Source: Macrostomum hystrix (taxonomy: Eukaryota; Animalia; Platyhelminthes). Taken from it: DNA of 64,000 nucleotides. The position numbers and the translations under genes were made by a program. Under the pieces are notes generated by a model that saw only the letters and a list, made by a program, of their open reading frames with translations, was not told the origin of the DNA and searched no databases. Numbering within the stretch: the first letter of the stretch is position 1; every line of letters begins with the position of its first letter. The DNA lies in assembly GCA_950097015.1 (NCBI GenBank), contig CATNEN010000038.1, positions 9,548,001 to 9,612,000 on the forward strand, given 5' to 3'. Below, in pieces: positions 24,283 to 37,317 of this stretch.

Positions 24283-26241
24283 TTTGGCTGTAGCTAGAAT
24301 TTATTTTTATAAGCATTTGATATAGCCGAGTTTGTCTGAACTGGGCATAAAGTATTAAACAATAAAACTATTGTTAGAATAAGCTCTCAAAAGAAATAAG
24401 TTTTAAATTATTTTAACTATATAGCAAAGACATTGTAGGCCTATTAAAAGCCTTGAAGTATATAAGCCAAACAGCAATCTATTATTCAAGTTACTGTAAA
24501 ACTAATTTAGAATAGCTTTTAGAATTGTATGTATTAGAGATGACCAGCTCATTAATTAACAATATGATTATAGTTGCAAACAAAAAATCAGAAATGGAAA
24601 ATAAGTCTAAGACTCTTAAGTGAATAAACTTAAGGATATTAAGACTGAAATTATTGCTTGATTTCTGCTTTACTTTCAGAACTGTTTTCTTATTAGCAAT
24701 GCATAAACTCTTAACTTTGTTTGAGATTAGCAACCAGTTTATAGAGGATTGTTGATTCTTTGTAGCCAAAAAAGAGTTATTACATTAGTGACATGCCAGC
24801 TGCTAGGCTGTTTAAAACAGGCCTACAGTCAACTAGATAACCTGATCCCTCGTAGACATAGTTTATAAAAATTGAACAGTAATCAATGATTTTCTAGTCA
24901 ACACGGCACATTAGGCCTAGCTATTTATGGTTCAAATCCGATCTATGATCAATATTTATGAGCCAATAGTCCTAGCAATAGAAAAGCTCTGAGAAGAGAA
25001 ATAAAGATGTTAGGCCTATTTGCTGTAGACAGATATGAGTTATGTATTGCCTACATTATTTTATCTTGCAGGAACATGTGTTATAGTACAGTAATAATCA
25101 AACAATATAAAATAATACTCAATTTTCAATTTTACACCAATTTGTTAAAATCATATTTTGAAAATCTATGGTAGGCTTACAAGTTAAAACAAGTCCTTTC
25201 CTTTTTAATATGCAAAAACCTATGACTATAAGCCTAGCCAAGGAGGTAGGATGATCATAGAAGCTGTCAAATTAAAATGTTTATAACTTAAATTAGTTAA
25301 AACAAATAGACTAACAACTAGGTCTAGCAGCTTTCTGGCAGGGCAGAGTTTATTCCCACAGTCCCGTTCCAATAATTTCAATTTTATCCACATGGATCCG
25401 TGCCGATAATTTTCTGCTTATCCACATGGCAGCTTGTGTAAGCAATCATGAATAATCTTAGCTTCTTAAAACAAAAACATTGCATTGGACGAATGCTTAT
25501 GCCTCCAGGGGTCGTCATGTTGAAGCATTTTTTATTTTACCGCCTTGCTGCTATCAAATATCTAACATGGCAATGGCATGGCGTATTATAGACAGATGTA
25601 CAACAAATAAAATAAGTAGCCTAGAAAGAACAACAGCAGCACGTTTGCGTAAACACTTAACACGAGGAAGACTTTCGAATTGCAAATAAAAACATAACAA
25701 ATGATAGCCTTTCAAAGCAAGTATATTTTAATTACTGTTACTGTTTCTTGAATACAAGTGATTCTTTGCTTCTTGTATATCTTTTTAAAGTTTAATTGCT
25801 ATTTTATAACATTTTCTGGGCTCTTTTTAAAACAAAAAATATGCCTACTTTACAGACTAAATTTGTTTGCTCTATCGTTAGATCTCTTTAAAAGGTCTTA
25901 AAGTTTTTGTTCGTAGAATGAATGTTAAGATGTTCATCCGAAGGTAAACTATGTAGTTGGTAAACATTCCGTTTGAAGCCTGTTCAAATAAAGACATATT
26001 AAGCTGCTCACGCGCACACCAAACTTTATTATTAGTGAATATTATTTTGCGACTTGGATTTTGATTATCCATCACTGTGAAATTTATCTATCTGAAAGCA
26101 GATCGGGAATTTAATAGGGGGGCCTATGATAAGAAAAAAACATTCTTACTCTTATCATAATTTGTCGCGCAACATGTAGTAGCTAGCCCAGCAAAATAGA
26201 TGCAGAGATTAGAAGCAGGATTGCTTGTAAATTTTCCAATT

Positions 26242-26677
26242 GGCAGTGCTTATCCCCACAGTAGGCCTTACCGTAGAAATAATTTTTGTCTTATTCCTAC
26301 AGTACCGTGGGAATAATTTCCTGCTTATCTGCACGAGTGCACGGCACACTGACGAGATAGCTGTCCTATCCTATAACTGTCCTATGCCACTGTATTGGTT
26401 AATTATTTGCAAAAAAGCTGAAATTTTTTATTTGTTTACTTGCTTTTAAAAACTGGAAGGAAAGGGGAAAATTGCAGTCATGGTAAAAAGATAGATGATA
26501 GGACAACTATCTTGTCACTGTGCTGTGCGGATAAGCAAGAAATTATTCCCACAGAATATGTTGAAGATAGGACAGCTATCTCAGTGAGCCATGCAGATAA
26601 GCAGGAAATTATTCCCATGGTATGGTAAGAATAAGACAAAAAATTATTTATATTGTACCATGGGGATAAGCACTGCC
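26242..26677. mobile_element. Non-autonomous DNA transposon (MITE/foldback) with long imperfect TIRs and 9-bp TSD, Mutator-like
   Basis: Termini GGCAGTGCTTATCCCCA ... TGGGGATAAGCACTGCC; inverted similarity extends ~130 bp. Flanked by direct TTTCCAATT at 26233-26241 and 26678-26686. Confidence 0.85.
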
Positions 26678-26755
26678 TTTCCAATTAGCTGGTCCTTACA
26701 CCTATTTACTATTATGTTTGTTTGTAGGCCCTAAAAGAAAATAAACTGTTACATA

Positions 26756-27396
26756 GGGTAATATATCATCAACCAAACAGTGTATCTTCAAAACCGAACA
26801 ATAATATTGACTCCTTCCTTGGTCTCGTGCAAGACAGAAACAAGCTATTGTGTTTCACAGAACAACTAATTTGAAAGTTGAAGAAATTATCTACAAGCTG
26901 AGGCATGATGTGCAATGAAGCATTAAGAGGAAAGAAAGATATTGATGTTTCAGTAGAATTTTTTATTGCAAAAGCATACTTTTTAACAACATTTTTTCAG
27001 TATGTACTTTAGACAAAGATTGTATGTGGTTGCCTGCCAATTAAATGACCACAAATGTAGTTATTTATAGAGCATGAAAAATGCTTTCAAATGACATAAT
27101 TCATGATAGATCACTCCTTAAAATAAGATTAAACCACTCACTCAAATTTTAAAACCAAACATCAAATTCTCTGTTTGGTTTGAAGGTACATGAAAATCAT
27201 TGTTCGGTTTTAGATAAAAAAGCAGGAATAACTTTTTTTCTATCTGACAAAATAGCAAAAGCAGATACTTTTTAGAAAGATGTAACTGTTTTCTATAACT
27301 TGGCTTTTGATTTATCATCATATCTTAAATAGAAAATTGGTAGCTTAGGTTTGAAGTAAAAAAAATACACCTTGTTTGGTTGATGATACATTACCC
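26756..27396. mobile_element. Probable MITE with ~25-bp TIRs flanked by TA
   Basis: TA|GGGTAATATATCATCAACCAAACA ... TGTTTGGTTGATGATACATTACCC|TA, with further inverted similarity inside. Confidence 0.65.
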
Positions 27397-29833
27397 TAGC
27401 ACTGAATTTTTTCAGATTAAACACTGAAATAATATCAGTAGTTGATATATAAAAACTCTTATTGTGAAAGTAAAATAAAATTATAGCCTAAAATATGTCC
27501 TTTAAATTGACACTTGAGGGTGGAAGTCAACATGAGACACATATTAAAGCAGTAATTACTTGGCAGTAATTTTTTATTGTATGTAGGCCTAGGCCTATAC
27601 TATTTGTGAGTCAAACAAAAAAATAATTTGGCCTAGTATTTATTGAAGAATAAATATCATAGATTGTAGCATATTGCAGAAACAACTAGCCCTAGGCCTA
27701 CATCCTAAAATCAAAATGTAAGGACGACACTCACAAGGTGATATATTTATAGTTATAGGCCTAGTCAATCAGTTTTCTACATAGGCCTAGCTGATACATT
27801 TTTCAACTTTAACTGGGCCAAAGCCACTAACAATCTTAAGAACCTACAAAATAATTTGCATATCAATTTTCTTCTTGTATGTCACTTCTTTCCTTATATG
27901 ACCTATAGGCCTAGACACTTGCCACATTTCTTTCCTTACTGTTTTGCTGCACCTCTGCTTCCTCTCACTATTTCAATGCCTCTATTGTACCTTTGTTGTT
28001 TTGCTATTTCTCCTTTTCCTCTTGTTGTTTTGCCACCTCACCTCCACTTCCTTTTGCTGCTTTGCCTCTGTATTGTCACTTGTTTTCAAATCTGGTACAA
28101 CACTGCCACTTGTACCTGCAGTACCACAAATCTCAATTATCATTTTATGTATACAGTTAAACAAAAATAGCAAAAACTGTAAAAAAAATCTGAGGGTGCA
28201 GCAGACAAAGCAACTTCAATCTATCTAATTGCTTTAGAAACATTAGCTATTATCACTAGAAAGCGATTTTTGCACCTTAGAGACTTGATCCATGTAATGG
28301 AACCCACGTTTTCCTTACCTCCAAAGCTTTCAGACGTATGCTGACAAGTCTGTCTGTGTCTTTACTTAATTTGCAAAAGATTGCCCATTAGGCCCTAATC
28401 AGAGTAGGTAACTAAGCAAAAGCTATTTCTTGTTCAAAATTGCAAAATAAATTTGAAACCTGAACCTTTAATTGTATCAATGTTTGCACTAGATTAAGAG
28501 ACATTCTGACTAACAGCTATGCTACAGACACTCTAAGCAAAAATTTGTATGCCTGTGACAAGATCTTTGTCCAGAATCACCTTTTACAATGGACCTTAGA
28601 CAATGATATCCAAATGTTAGGAAATACAGAATAAAGCAATAATTATATGATTAGGCCTATTATGTTACAAACTAGCTACATTGGCATCCAGTCACTCTAT
28701 CTTGGACTTAGTCAATAAAAATCAATCAGTTTTTCTTATTCTTGAAATGGTCACTTTATGCATTTATACCCATTTTTCAGTTAAGTTTTTGTCCCTGTTA
28801 AGTTTTTAGCTTTGAAGTTTATATACTTTTCCTGTGTATACCAACACCAAGTGGGTGCTAGTTAAATTAAAGGAAGGCCAGATTTTTTAAACAATTTCAT
28901 AAACATTGCAGCTCTAGCCTGTCAGGTAGATGAGGTAAATTGGTAGATGACATGGGGCTAAAAAATGAGGACAGGGAGCCAATTTTAAGTTACAAAGGAA
29001 CCCATGTTTTCCAGTGCCTTCATTACTACTGAGGAATTGACCAAAGGCAATTTTTGCCAACATGTAATTTGATGAAAAATATATGAAAAAGTGGCTAGGA
29101 TCCACTAAAATTAAGTACTTAATAGTAACAATACTCACTAGGCCCAACTCTTTTTTGTTTTCGTGCTAGTTCAAACCCATTCTATACCAGAATTTCTAAG
29201 CAAAATGATGTCTTCCAGACTATATTTCTTGCATATATTTGATACTATTGGTGTACTAAGCAGAAAAACTGTAATTTACTAGTTATAAAAACAAAAATGT
29301 ATGTTAACTGTAAGTATACAAAGATTTTTGTAATCATTTAAGTTTTAAAAAATTTCTCTACATAAGTGGGTTTGTTTACTTGACCCTGTCCAGTGCCCTA
29401 AAATACTTTATGGAAAAATAGCATCGTCATATTTACACATATAGGACCATTGCAATTTGAACATATAATTTTCATTTGCTGACAAAGCGTCTAACTTGCA
29501 ATGTTTTAGTCTAATCCACAATGCAGTATGTTTAAAAATGTCTATATTAGTTATCTAATTTTTCTGCTTTGGTCATTCTGGAAATATTTTTTTAATAGCT
29601 TCAATAGCTAAGTTAATAGCTTCCCAAACAGCAGTATTACTGATAATGTTTCAATGACTAAATAGCCACATGTCATTAGTTAGTCAGGTTAGTTAAATAT
29701 TAAACTTAAATCTTACAATCACATCAAGAGACTCCATGGCTTCAGTTTAACAAGCTAGAAACTTAGGCAATCTATGAGTTTCGAATGCCTCAGATATGCA
29801 AAAAAACAAATAGTTATTGTTGCCCTCCTCCAG

Positions 29834-32602
29834 ATGGTTGACACATCACGCGAGCAGTCCCTGGAGCTTCTGCGCGCCGAGAGTGGCACATTCTGTCAGA
29901 GCTCCAGCAGCCACGTCATTGTGGTGTTCGGCGCATCCGGTGACCTAGCTAAGAAGAAGATCTATCCCACACTGTGGTGGCTATTCCGTGACAAGCTGCT
30001 GCCAGCTAACACCAATTTCGTGGGTTACTCCCGGTCCAGCCTAACTGTGGCCAACCTGCGCGCCAATTCGCAGCCTTATCTAAACGCTTCCGAGTCAGAT
30101 GCCGCCCAGCTTGACCAGTTCTTTCAGCGCAATCACTATGTACAGGGCAGCTACGACAAGGCGGAGGACTTTGCCCGCCTGAACAAGTACATTGTGGACC
30201 ACTTCTCGGCCTGCGCTAATCGCCTATTTTACCTGGCCATACCGCCCTCCCAGTTCATCAGCGTGGCCACCAATTTGAAGGCTGAGTGCACAGTTCAATC
30301 CGATGGCGTCTGGAATCGCATTATTGTAGAGAAGCCATTTGGTAAAGATCTGGACTCAAGCGACGTGCTAGCCAAGCACCTGTCCGCCCTGTTTAGCGAG
30401 GACCAGATCTATCGCATCGATCACTACCTGGGCAAGGAGATGGTGCAGAATGTCGTTGTCCTGCGCTTCGCAAATCGAGTCTTCTCGCCTCTGTGGAATC
30501 GCGACAATGTGGCCAACGTCCTCGTCACCTTCAAGGAGAACTTCGGCACCGAGGGTCGAGGCGGCTACTTTGACGAATTCGGCATCATACGCGATGTGAT
30601 GCAGAATCATTTGTTGCAGATTCTCTGCCTCATCGCCATGGAGCGACCGATCTCCATGGAGGCCAACGATATCCGTGACGAGAAGGTAGGCCGCCTCTCC
30701 TGCCTACTCATCTCCATGGCGATTCGCTTCTAGATTACCTCAACTCTGTCCCGCAGGTTAAAGTACTTCGCTGCATGCGTCCGCTGAGTCACCAGGATCT
30801 GGTGATTGGCCAGTACGTGGCCGATCCTGAGCAAGGCAAGCCGGGCTACCTGGACGACCCCACTGTGCCAGCCGGCTCCCTGACCCCGACTTACGCTGTG
30901 GCCGCTCTGCGCGTTGATAACGAGCGCTGGCAGGTAAGACAATAAGCATCGGCTTAAGATTCCAGATCAACAAAAAGTTGCATATCTAGTGTCTACAGAA
31001 ATCCTTATCTAGATCCGAATCCCAAGATAGAAGCTTTATTCCCATTGTCTGGGGTATTGCGATCAAGATCCTCAGTCCTAATATAAGGACGCGAATCTTC
31101 TGGGAATTACTTAGCCAAGCATTCGCTACCGCGTTTGAAAATGTTAATTGTAAATAGCTGTGACGCACAGGCATTATAAGCTTAGAATGCTCGTCATGGG
31201 CCTGGTTATCTCTAAAATGGTCGAAAGTAAGAAGATAAGAGCAATTAGTCCGGTTTAGTGTTGCAGAGCTTAGTCACACCAGCATAGCATTCGATCTCTT
31301 AATGCTCAGCGTATTCTTTTTGCACTGGGCGACTCGAGTACATATCTAAATTTGTAGGCTGAGCTATTAACTTATAAATGTAAAAATAATAGTACTTAAC
31401 GCATATAAGAATAAGCATTTGCTGGATTAAAGTGAAATACACTATTTCATGTTATTGGGGCATTGTTTATATGACCGCTATCTCTTTTTATATTCCATTT
31501 TGCCTGTACTTTCGTTAGCCAGTTATTATTTTTTTATTTATCTTGTATGTCTGGCTCTATCTGTCTGTATTTGTTTTTCTGTAATCTACCTGTCTTCTGT
31601 CTGTCTGTCTCTCTGTCTGCCTGTCTGTCTGTATTTGTTTTTCCGTACTCTACCTGTCTTCTGTCTGTCTGTCTGTCTGTCCGTCTGTCTGTCTGTATTT
31701 CAGTTTTTTCTCTAGTCTGTCCGCCTGTCTGGCTGTCTGTCTGTCTGTCCGTCTGTCTGTCTGTATTTCAGTTTTTTCTCTAGTCTGTCCGCCTGTCTGT
31801 TTGTCTATCTGCCTGTCTGTCTGTATTTGTTTTTCTGTAATCTACCTGTCTTCTACCTGTCTTCTGTCTGCCTCCCTGTCTGTCTGTCTGTCTGTATTTC
31901 AGTTTTTTTCTGTAGTCTGTCTGCCTGTCTGTCTGTCTGCCTGTCTGTCTGCCTGTCTGTCTGCCTGTCTGTCTGTCTGTCTGCCTGTCTGTCTGCCTGT
32001 CTGTCTGCCTGTCTGTCTGTCTGTCTGCCTGTCTGTCTGTCTATCAGGCATTGTTATCTAGTCTCCAAGCTGCAGGCTTTGATTCCTAAACTTCGCAGGG
32101 CGTTCCCTTCATAGTCCGCGCCGGCAAGGCTTTGAACGAGAAGAAATGCGAGGTGCGCATCCAGTTCAAGGATGTGATCGCCGACATCCTGCCCAGCGGC
32201 TCCGTGCACCGCAACGAGCTGGTGCTCCGGGTGCAGCCGAACGAGGCCGTGTACATGAAACTCATGACCAAGCGGCCCGGCATGGGCTTCGGCGCCGAGG
32301 AGACGGAGCTAGACCTGACCTACAATCGCCGATTCTCCGATCTGAAGCTACCGGACGCCTACGAGAGACTCCTGCTTGACGTCCTGTGCGGCTCCCAGAT
32401 TAATTTCGTCCGCACAGACGAGCTGCGCGAGGCCTGGCGCGTCTTCACCCCGGCGCTGCACGCCCTGGAGGCGCAGCGGGTGGCGCCGCACCCTTATGTC
32501 TACGGGGCGCGCAACGGACCGCCAGAGGCTGACGAATTCATGCGGAAACTGGGCTTCACCTTCAGCGGCCAGTATTTTTATCCGGGCCAGGCCAAGCAGT
32601 GA
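29834..32602 (+). CDS. G6PD: Glucose-6-phosphate 1-dehydrogenase (exons 29834-30685, 30757-30933, 32099-32602; ~510 aa)
   Basis: Motifs [47 protein letters not shown] and DAYERL. Two phase-0 GT-AG introns. Confidence 0.97.
31545..32045 (+). repeat. (CTGT)n/(CTGC)n microsatellite in G6PD intron 2
   Basis: Direct tetranucleotide repetition. Confidence 0.9.
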
Positions 32603-32923
32603 GTCACTGGCTGCCACACATCTGCTGTGAGTGTTGTCACGATGGTTCTTGTACTTTAGACTTTGATTCTTTCTAGCTGACTCAGGTGGTCCATTGCTAA
32701 GCTAGGATAAACGGTCAAATAATTAGCAGCTCATATTTTCATATTCCTCATCATCCATTCACGTACGCGCCCATCCGGCTTTACTGCACGGTGTGAGTAC
32801 CTATCCCTTCTAATCCCATAGAAGATATCCCTTTGATCCCATGGACAGTTATCCATTCTGATCTCCGTAGAAACTGTCTATTCTGATCTTACATACATCT
32901 CTCCGTTCTGATCCCACAGACAC

Positions 32924-35400
32924 GTATCCCATTTATAGACAGGTATCCCATTTATAGACAGGTATCCCATTTATAGACTGTTATCCCATTTATAGACAGG
33001 TATCCCATTTATAGACAGGTATTCCATTTATAGACAGGTATTCCATTTATAGACAGGTATTTCATTTATAGACAGGTATCCCATTTATAGACAGGTATCC
33101 CATTTATAGACAGGTATTCCATTTATAGACAGGTATTCCATTTATAGACAGGTATCCCATTTATAGACAGGTATTCCATTTATAGACAGGTATTCCATTT
33201 ATAGACAGGTATTCCATTTATAGACAGGTATCCCATTTATAGACAGGTATCCCATTTATAGACAGGGATCCCATTTATAGACAGGTATTCCATTTATAGA
33301 CAGGTATCCCATTTATAGACAGGTATCCCATTTATAGACAGGTATCCCATTTATAGACAGGTATTTCATTTATAGACAGGGATCCCATTTATAGACAGGT
33401 ATCCCATTTATAGACAGGTATCCCATTTATAGACAGGTATCCCATTTATAGACAGGTATTCCATTTATAGACAGGTATCCCATTTATAGACAGGTATCCC
33501 ATTTATAGACAGGTATTCCATTTATAGACTGTTATCCTATTTATAGACAGGTATCCCATTTATAGACAGGTATTCCATTTATAGACAGGTATTCCATTTA
33601 TAGACAGGTATTTCATTTATAGACAGGTATCCCATTTATAGACAGGTATCCCATTTATAGACAGGTATTCCATTTATAGACAGGTATCCCATTTATAGAC
33701 AGGTATCCCATTTATAGACAGGTATCCCATTTATAGACAGGTATTCCATTTATAGACAGGTATTCCATTTATAGACAGGTATCCCATTTATAGACAGGTA
33801 TTCCATTTATAGACAGGTATTCCATTTATAGACAGGTATTCCATTTATAGACAGGTATCCCATTTATAGACAGGTATCCCATTTATAGACAGGGATCCCA
33901 TTTATAGACAGGTATTCCATTTATAGACAGGTATCCCATTTATAGACAGGTATCCCATTTATAGACAGGTATCCCATTTATAGACAGGTATTCCATTTAT
34001 AGACAGGTATCCCATTTATAGACAGGTATCCCATTTATAGACAGGTATTCCATTTATAGACAGGTATTCCATTTATAGACAGGTATCCCATTTATAGACA
34101 GGTATTCCATTTATAGACAGGTATTCCATTTATAGACAGGTATCCCATTTATAGACAGGTATCCCATTTATAGACAGGGATCCCATTTATAGACAGGTAT
34201 TCCATTTATAGACAGGTATCCCATTTATAGACAGGTATCCCATTTATAGACAGGTATCCCATTTATAGACAGGTATTCCATTTATAGACAGGTATTCCAT
34301 TTATAGACAGGTATTTCCATTTATAGACAGGTATCCCATTTATAGACAGGTATCCCATTTATAGACAGGTATTCCATTTATAGACAGGTATCCCATTTAT
34401 AGACAGGTATTCCATTTATAGACAGGTATTCCATTTATAGACAGGTATCCCATTTATAGACAGGTATTCCATTTATAGACAGGTATTCCATTTATAGACA
34501 GGTATCCCATTTATAGACAGGTATCCCATTTATAGACAGGTATCCCATTTATAGACAGGTATTCCATTTATAGACAGGTATCCCATTTATAGACAGGTAT
34601 CCCATTTATAGACAGGTATTCCATTTATAGACAGGTATCCCATTTATAGACAGGTATCCCATTTATAGACAGGTATCCCATTTATAGACAGGTATCCCAT
34701 TTATAGACAGGTATCCCATTTATAGACAGGTATCCCATTTATAGACAGGTATCCCATTTATAGACATGTATCCCATTTATAGACAGGTATTTCATTTATA
34801 GACAGGTATCCCATTTATAGACAGGTATCCCATTTATAGACAGGTATCCCATTTATAGACAGGTATCCCATTTATAGACAGGTATCCCATTTATAGACAG
34901 GTATTCCATTTATAGACAGGTATTCCATTTATAGACAGGTATCCCATTTATAGACAGGTATCCCATTTATAGACAGGTATCCCATTTATAGACAGGTATC
35001 CCATTTATAGACAGGTATTTCATTTATAGACAGGGATCCCATTTATAGACAGGTATCCCATTTATAGACAGGGATCCCATTTATAGACAGGTATTTCATT
35101 TATAGACAGGGATCCCATTTATAGACAGGTATCCCATTTATAGACAGGTATCCCATTTATAGTCAGGTATTTCATTTATAGACAGGGATCCCATTTATAG
35201 ACAGGTATCCCATTTATAGACAGGTATCCCATTTATAGACAGGTATCCCATTTATAGACAGGTATCCCATTTATAGACAGGTATCCCATTTATAGACAGG
35301 TATTCCATTTATAGACTGTTATCCCATTTATAGACAGGTATCCCATTTATAGACAGGTATTCCATTTATAGACAGGTATTCCATTTATAGACAGGTATTA
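32924..35400 (+). repeat. 19-bp minisatellite ACAGGTATYCCATTTATAG (~130 copies) between G6PD and TECR
   Basis: Direct tandem repetition with degenerate flanks. Confidence 0.97.
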
Positions 35401-36144
35401 CAGGTATTTCCCTTCTGATTCCAGAGAAATGTGTCCCTTCTGATCCTATGCTGTTCCTTTTCAAATATCAGGTTCTCGTGCTTCTTAGAAATTGATTTCA
35501 TCTCAACAATTTCGTCCCATATTTTCAGAAGCTCCGAATCAACTATCACGAGGCATTCAAGCAGGCTGTGTAAGTATTTCTTATACTTTTATATCTCAGA
35601 CGTCCAAAAAATAGCCATTTTTTCTTATTACACTTGCAGAACATGCTGGCTGTCTGAGGACCAATTGCAACCGACATTGTGACACATTCGCTAGTGATTA
35701 TTTAACGCTCATATGATTATTTCTACAGTGTTTAGATATCGATAGTAAACTATTTATCTAACATTGTACGTGTAGATGTCTTCTTTTTAGATTTATTTCA
35801 TGTTTTCAAGCTTTTGTCTATTAAATCTGTAATTTTTAACTCTTATTAAATACTAAGCTCCGGCAGTGTTTTGTTACCATTATTATCAGTGTCGCCCTAG
35901 TGGCAACTGTTTTATGCTCCAGGACAATACAGGTTTCTATTTTTTACAACTCAATAAATTAAAATTATTTTGTCTTCGACTAAGCGGTTTTATATTAGTT
36001 TTTGTTCTTTTGCTTTTTATTAGCTATAATATTGCACTGTTTAGGTACCTAGTATAAATCTAGACTTCAGGTATAAATTCTCCCCTTCAGGTGTGTTAAG
36101 TCTAGCCTTATTCGGTCTTAATAATCAATAATATTTGTACGAGA

Positions 36145-36276
36145 ACTGTGGGCACTGGCACATTGCCTGTGAGGAGGCAATTCTGCTCATTCCGCTGACT
36201 CCTGAGCACACATGCAGGTGTGTACATCTGCCCTGAATTTCTCATCGCTAGACAGTACAAACTCTCAGTGTGCCTT
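36145..36276 (-). mobile_element. Truncated SINE family 2 fragment
   Basis: Matches gaggaggcaattctg..gctgactcctgagcacaca..gtgtacatctgccctga of the copies at 49705 and 63685. Confidence 0.7.
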
Positions 36277-36405
36277 TAAGGATGTCTAACCTTATCTAAT
36301 ATTATCTTTAGATTAGAAATGAGAAAGTGGTATAGGTTACCTTCTGGTATAGTTTGTTTTACCCACTTCTTCATTCCAACGAATTCCGCAGTTTGTGCGA
36401 GTACA

Positions 36406-37317
36406 ATGGAAGTGATTGTTCTGCGTGCCACCGACGGTCGAGTAGTCGAGAGCTTCACCGGCCTGTCTAAGGACAGCACTCTGGACGACCTGAAGCAGCT
36501 GTTCGCCCAGCGTCAGCCAAAGTACTACCCGGACAGGCAGAGCTTTCGCAAGGAGAAAATTGGCAAAGCCCTGCCCGGCAGCTCCAAGCTGGTCGAGTTG
36601 GCCGGCTCCGCCAAGACTCTGTCCGTCTACTTCAAAGACCTCGGCCCGCAGATTGGTTGGACTACAGTGTTCGTAGCTGAGTACACTGGACCCCTGCTGG
36701 TCTACCTGCTGTTCTACTGCCGCCCGGCTCTGATCTACGGCCCGGAGGCTGCCAATCAGCCCGTGCACTGGATTGTGAAGGCCGCGGCCGCCTGCTGGGT
36801 TGGCCACTACGCTAAGCGCCTGCTGGAGACGATCTTTGTGCACCGATTCTCGCACGGCACAATGCCCTGGCGCAATCTGTTCAAGAACTGCTCGTATTAC
36901 TGGGGCTTTGCAGCTTTTGTGGCCTACTTCATCAACCACCCGCTGTACACGGCTCCCAGCGATGCCCAGGCCACAGCCGCACTGGCGCTCTTCGGCCTCT
37001 GCCAGCTGGGCAACTTCAGCTGCCACCTGGCATTGCGCAACCTTCGCCCGCCAGGCACCCGGGTGCGCAAGATTCCCCGGCCAACTGGAAACCCATTCAC
37101 CTGGCTGTTCGGCCTGGTGTCCTGCCCCAACTACACCTACGAGATCGGCTCCTGGCTGTCCTTCACCGTGGCCACCCAGTGCCTGGCTGCCGGCCTTTTC
37201 ACTCTGGCCGGCGCCTACCAGATGACCATCTGGGCCCTCGGCAAGCACCGCAATTACCGGCGCGAGTTCTCCGACTATCCGAGGGGCAGGCGGGCCATAT
37301 TTCCGTTTGTTATTTGA
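36406..37317 (+). CDS. TECR: Very-long-chain trans-2,3-enoyl-CoA reductase (intronless CDS, 303 aa)
   Basis: N-terminal ubiquitin-like domain (YYPDRQSFR), then FKDLGPQIGW, EYTGP, HYAKRLLETIFVHRFSHGTMP, SCPNYTYE and QMTIWA. Start placed at MEVIV after acceptor ttccgcag (36391). Confidence 0.95.
   Translation: MEVIVLRATDGRVVESFTGLSKDSTLDDLKQLFAQRQPKYYPDRQSFRKEKIGKALPGSSKLVELAGSAKTLSVYFKDLGPQIGWTTVFVAEYTGPLLVYLLFYCRPALIYGPEAANQPVHWIVKAAAACWVGHYAKRLLETIFVHRFSHGTMPWRNLFKNCSYYWGFAAFVAYFINHPLYTAPSDAQATAALALFGLCQLGNFSCHLALRNLRPPGTRVRKIPRPTGNPFTWLFGLVSCPNYTYEIGSWLSFTVATQCLAAGLFTLAGAYQMTIWALGKHRNYRREFSDYPRGRRAIFPFVI

Noticed and set aside
29774-29833. N-terminal extensions of G6PD, TECR (36319) and UBR7 (37904) in the ORF track
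   Set aside because: They run through AT-rich acceptor/polypyrimidine sequence upstream of the conserved starts.
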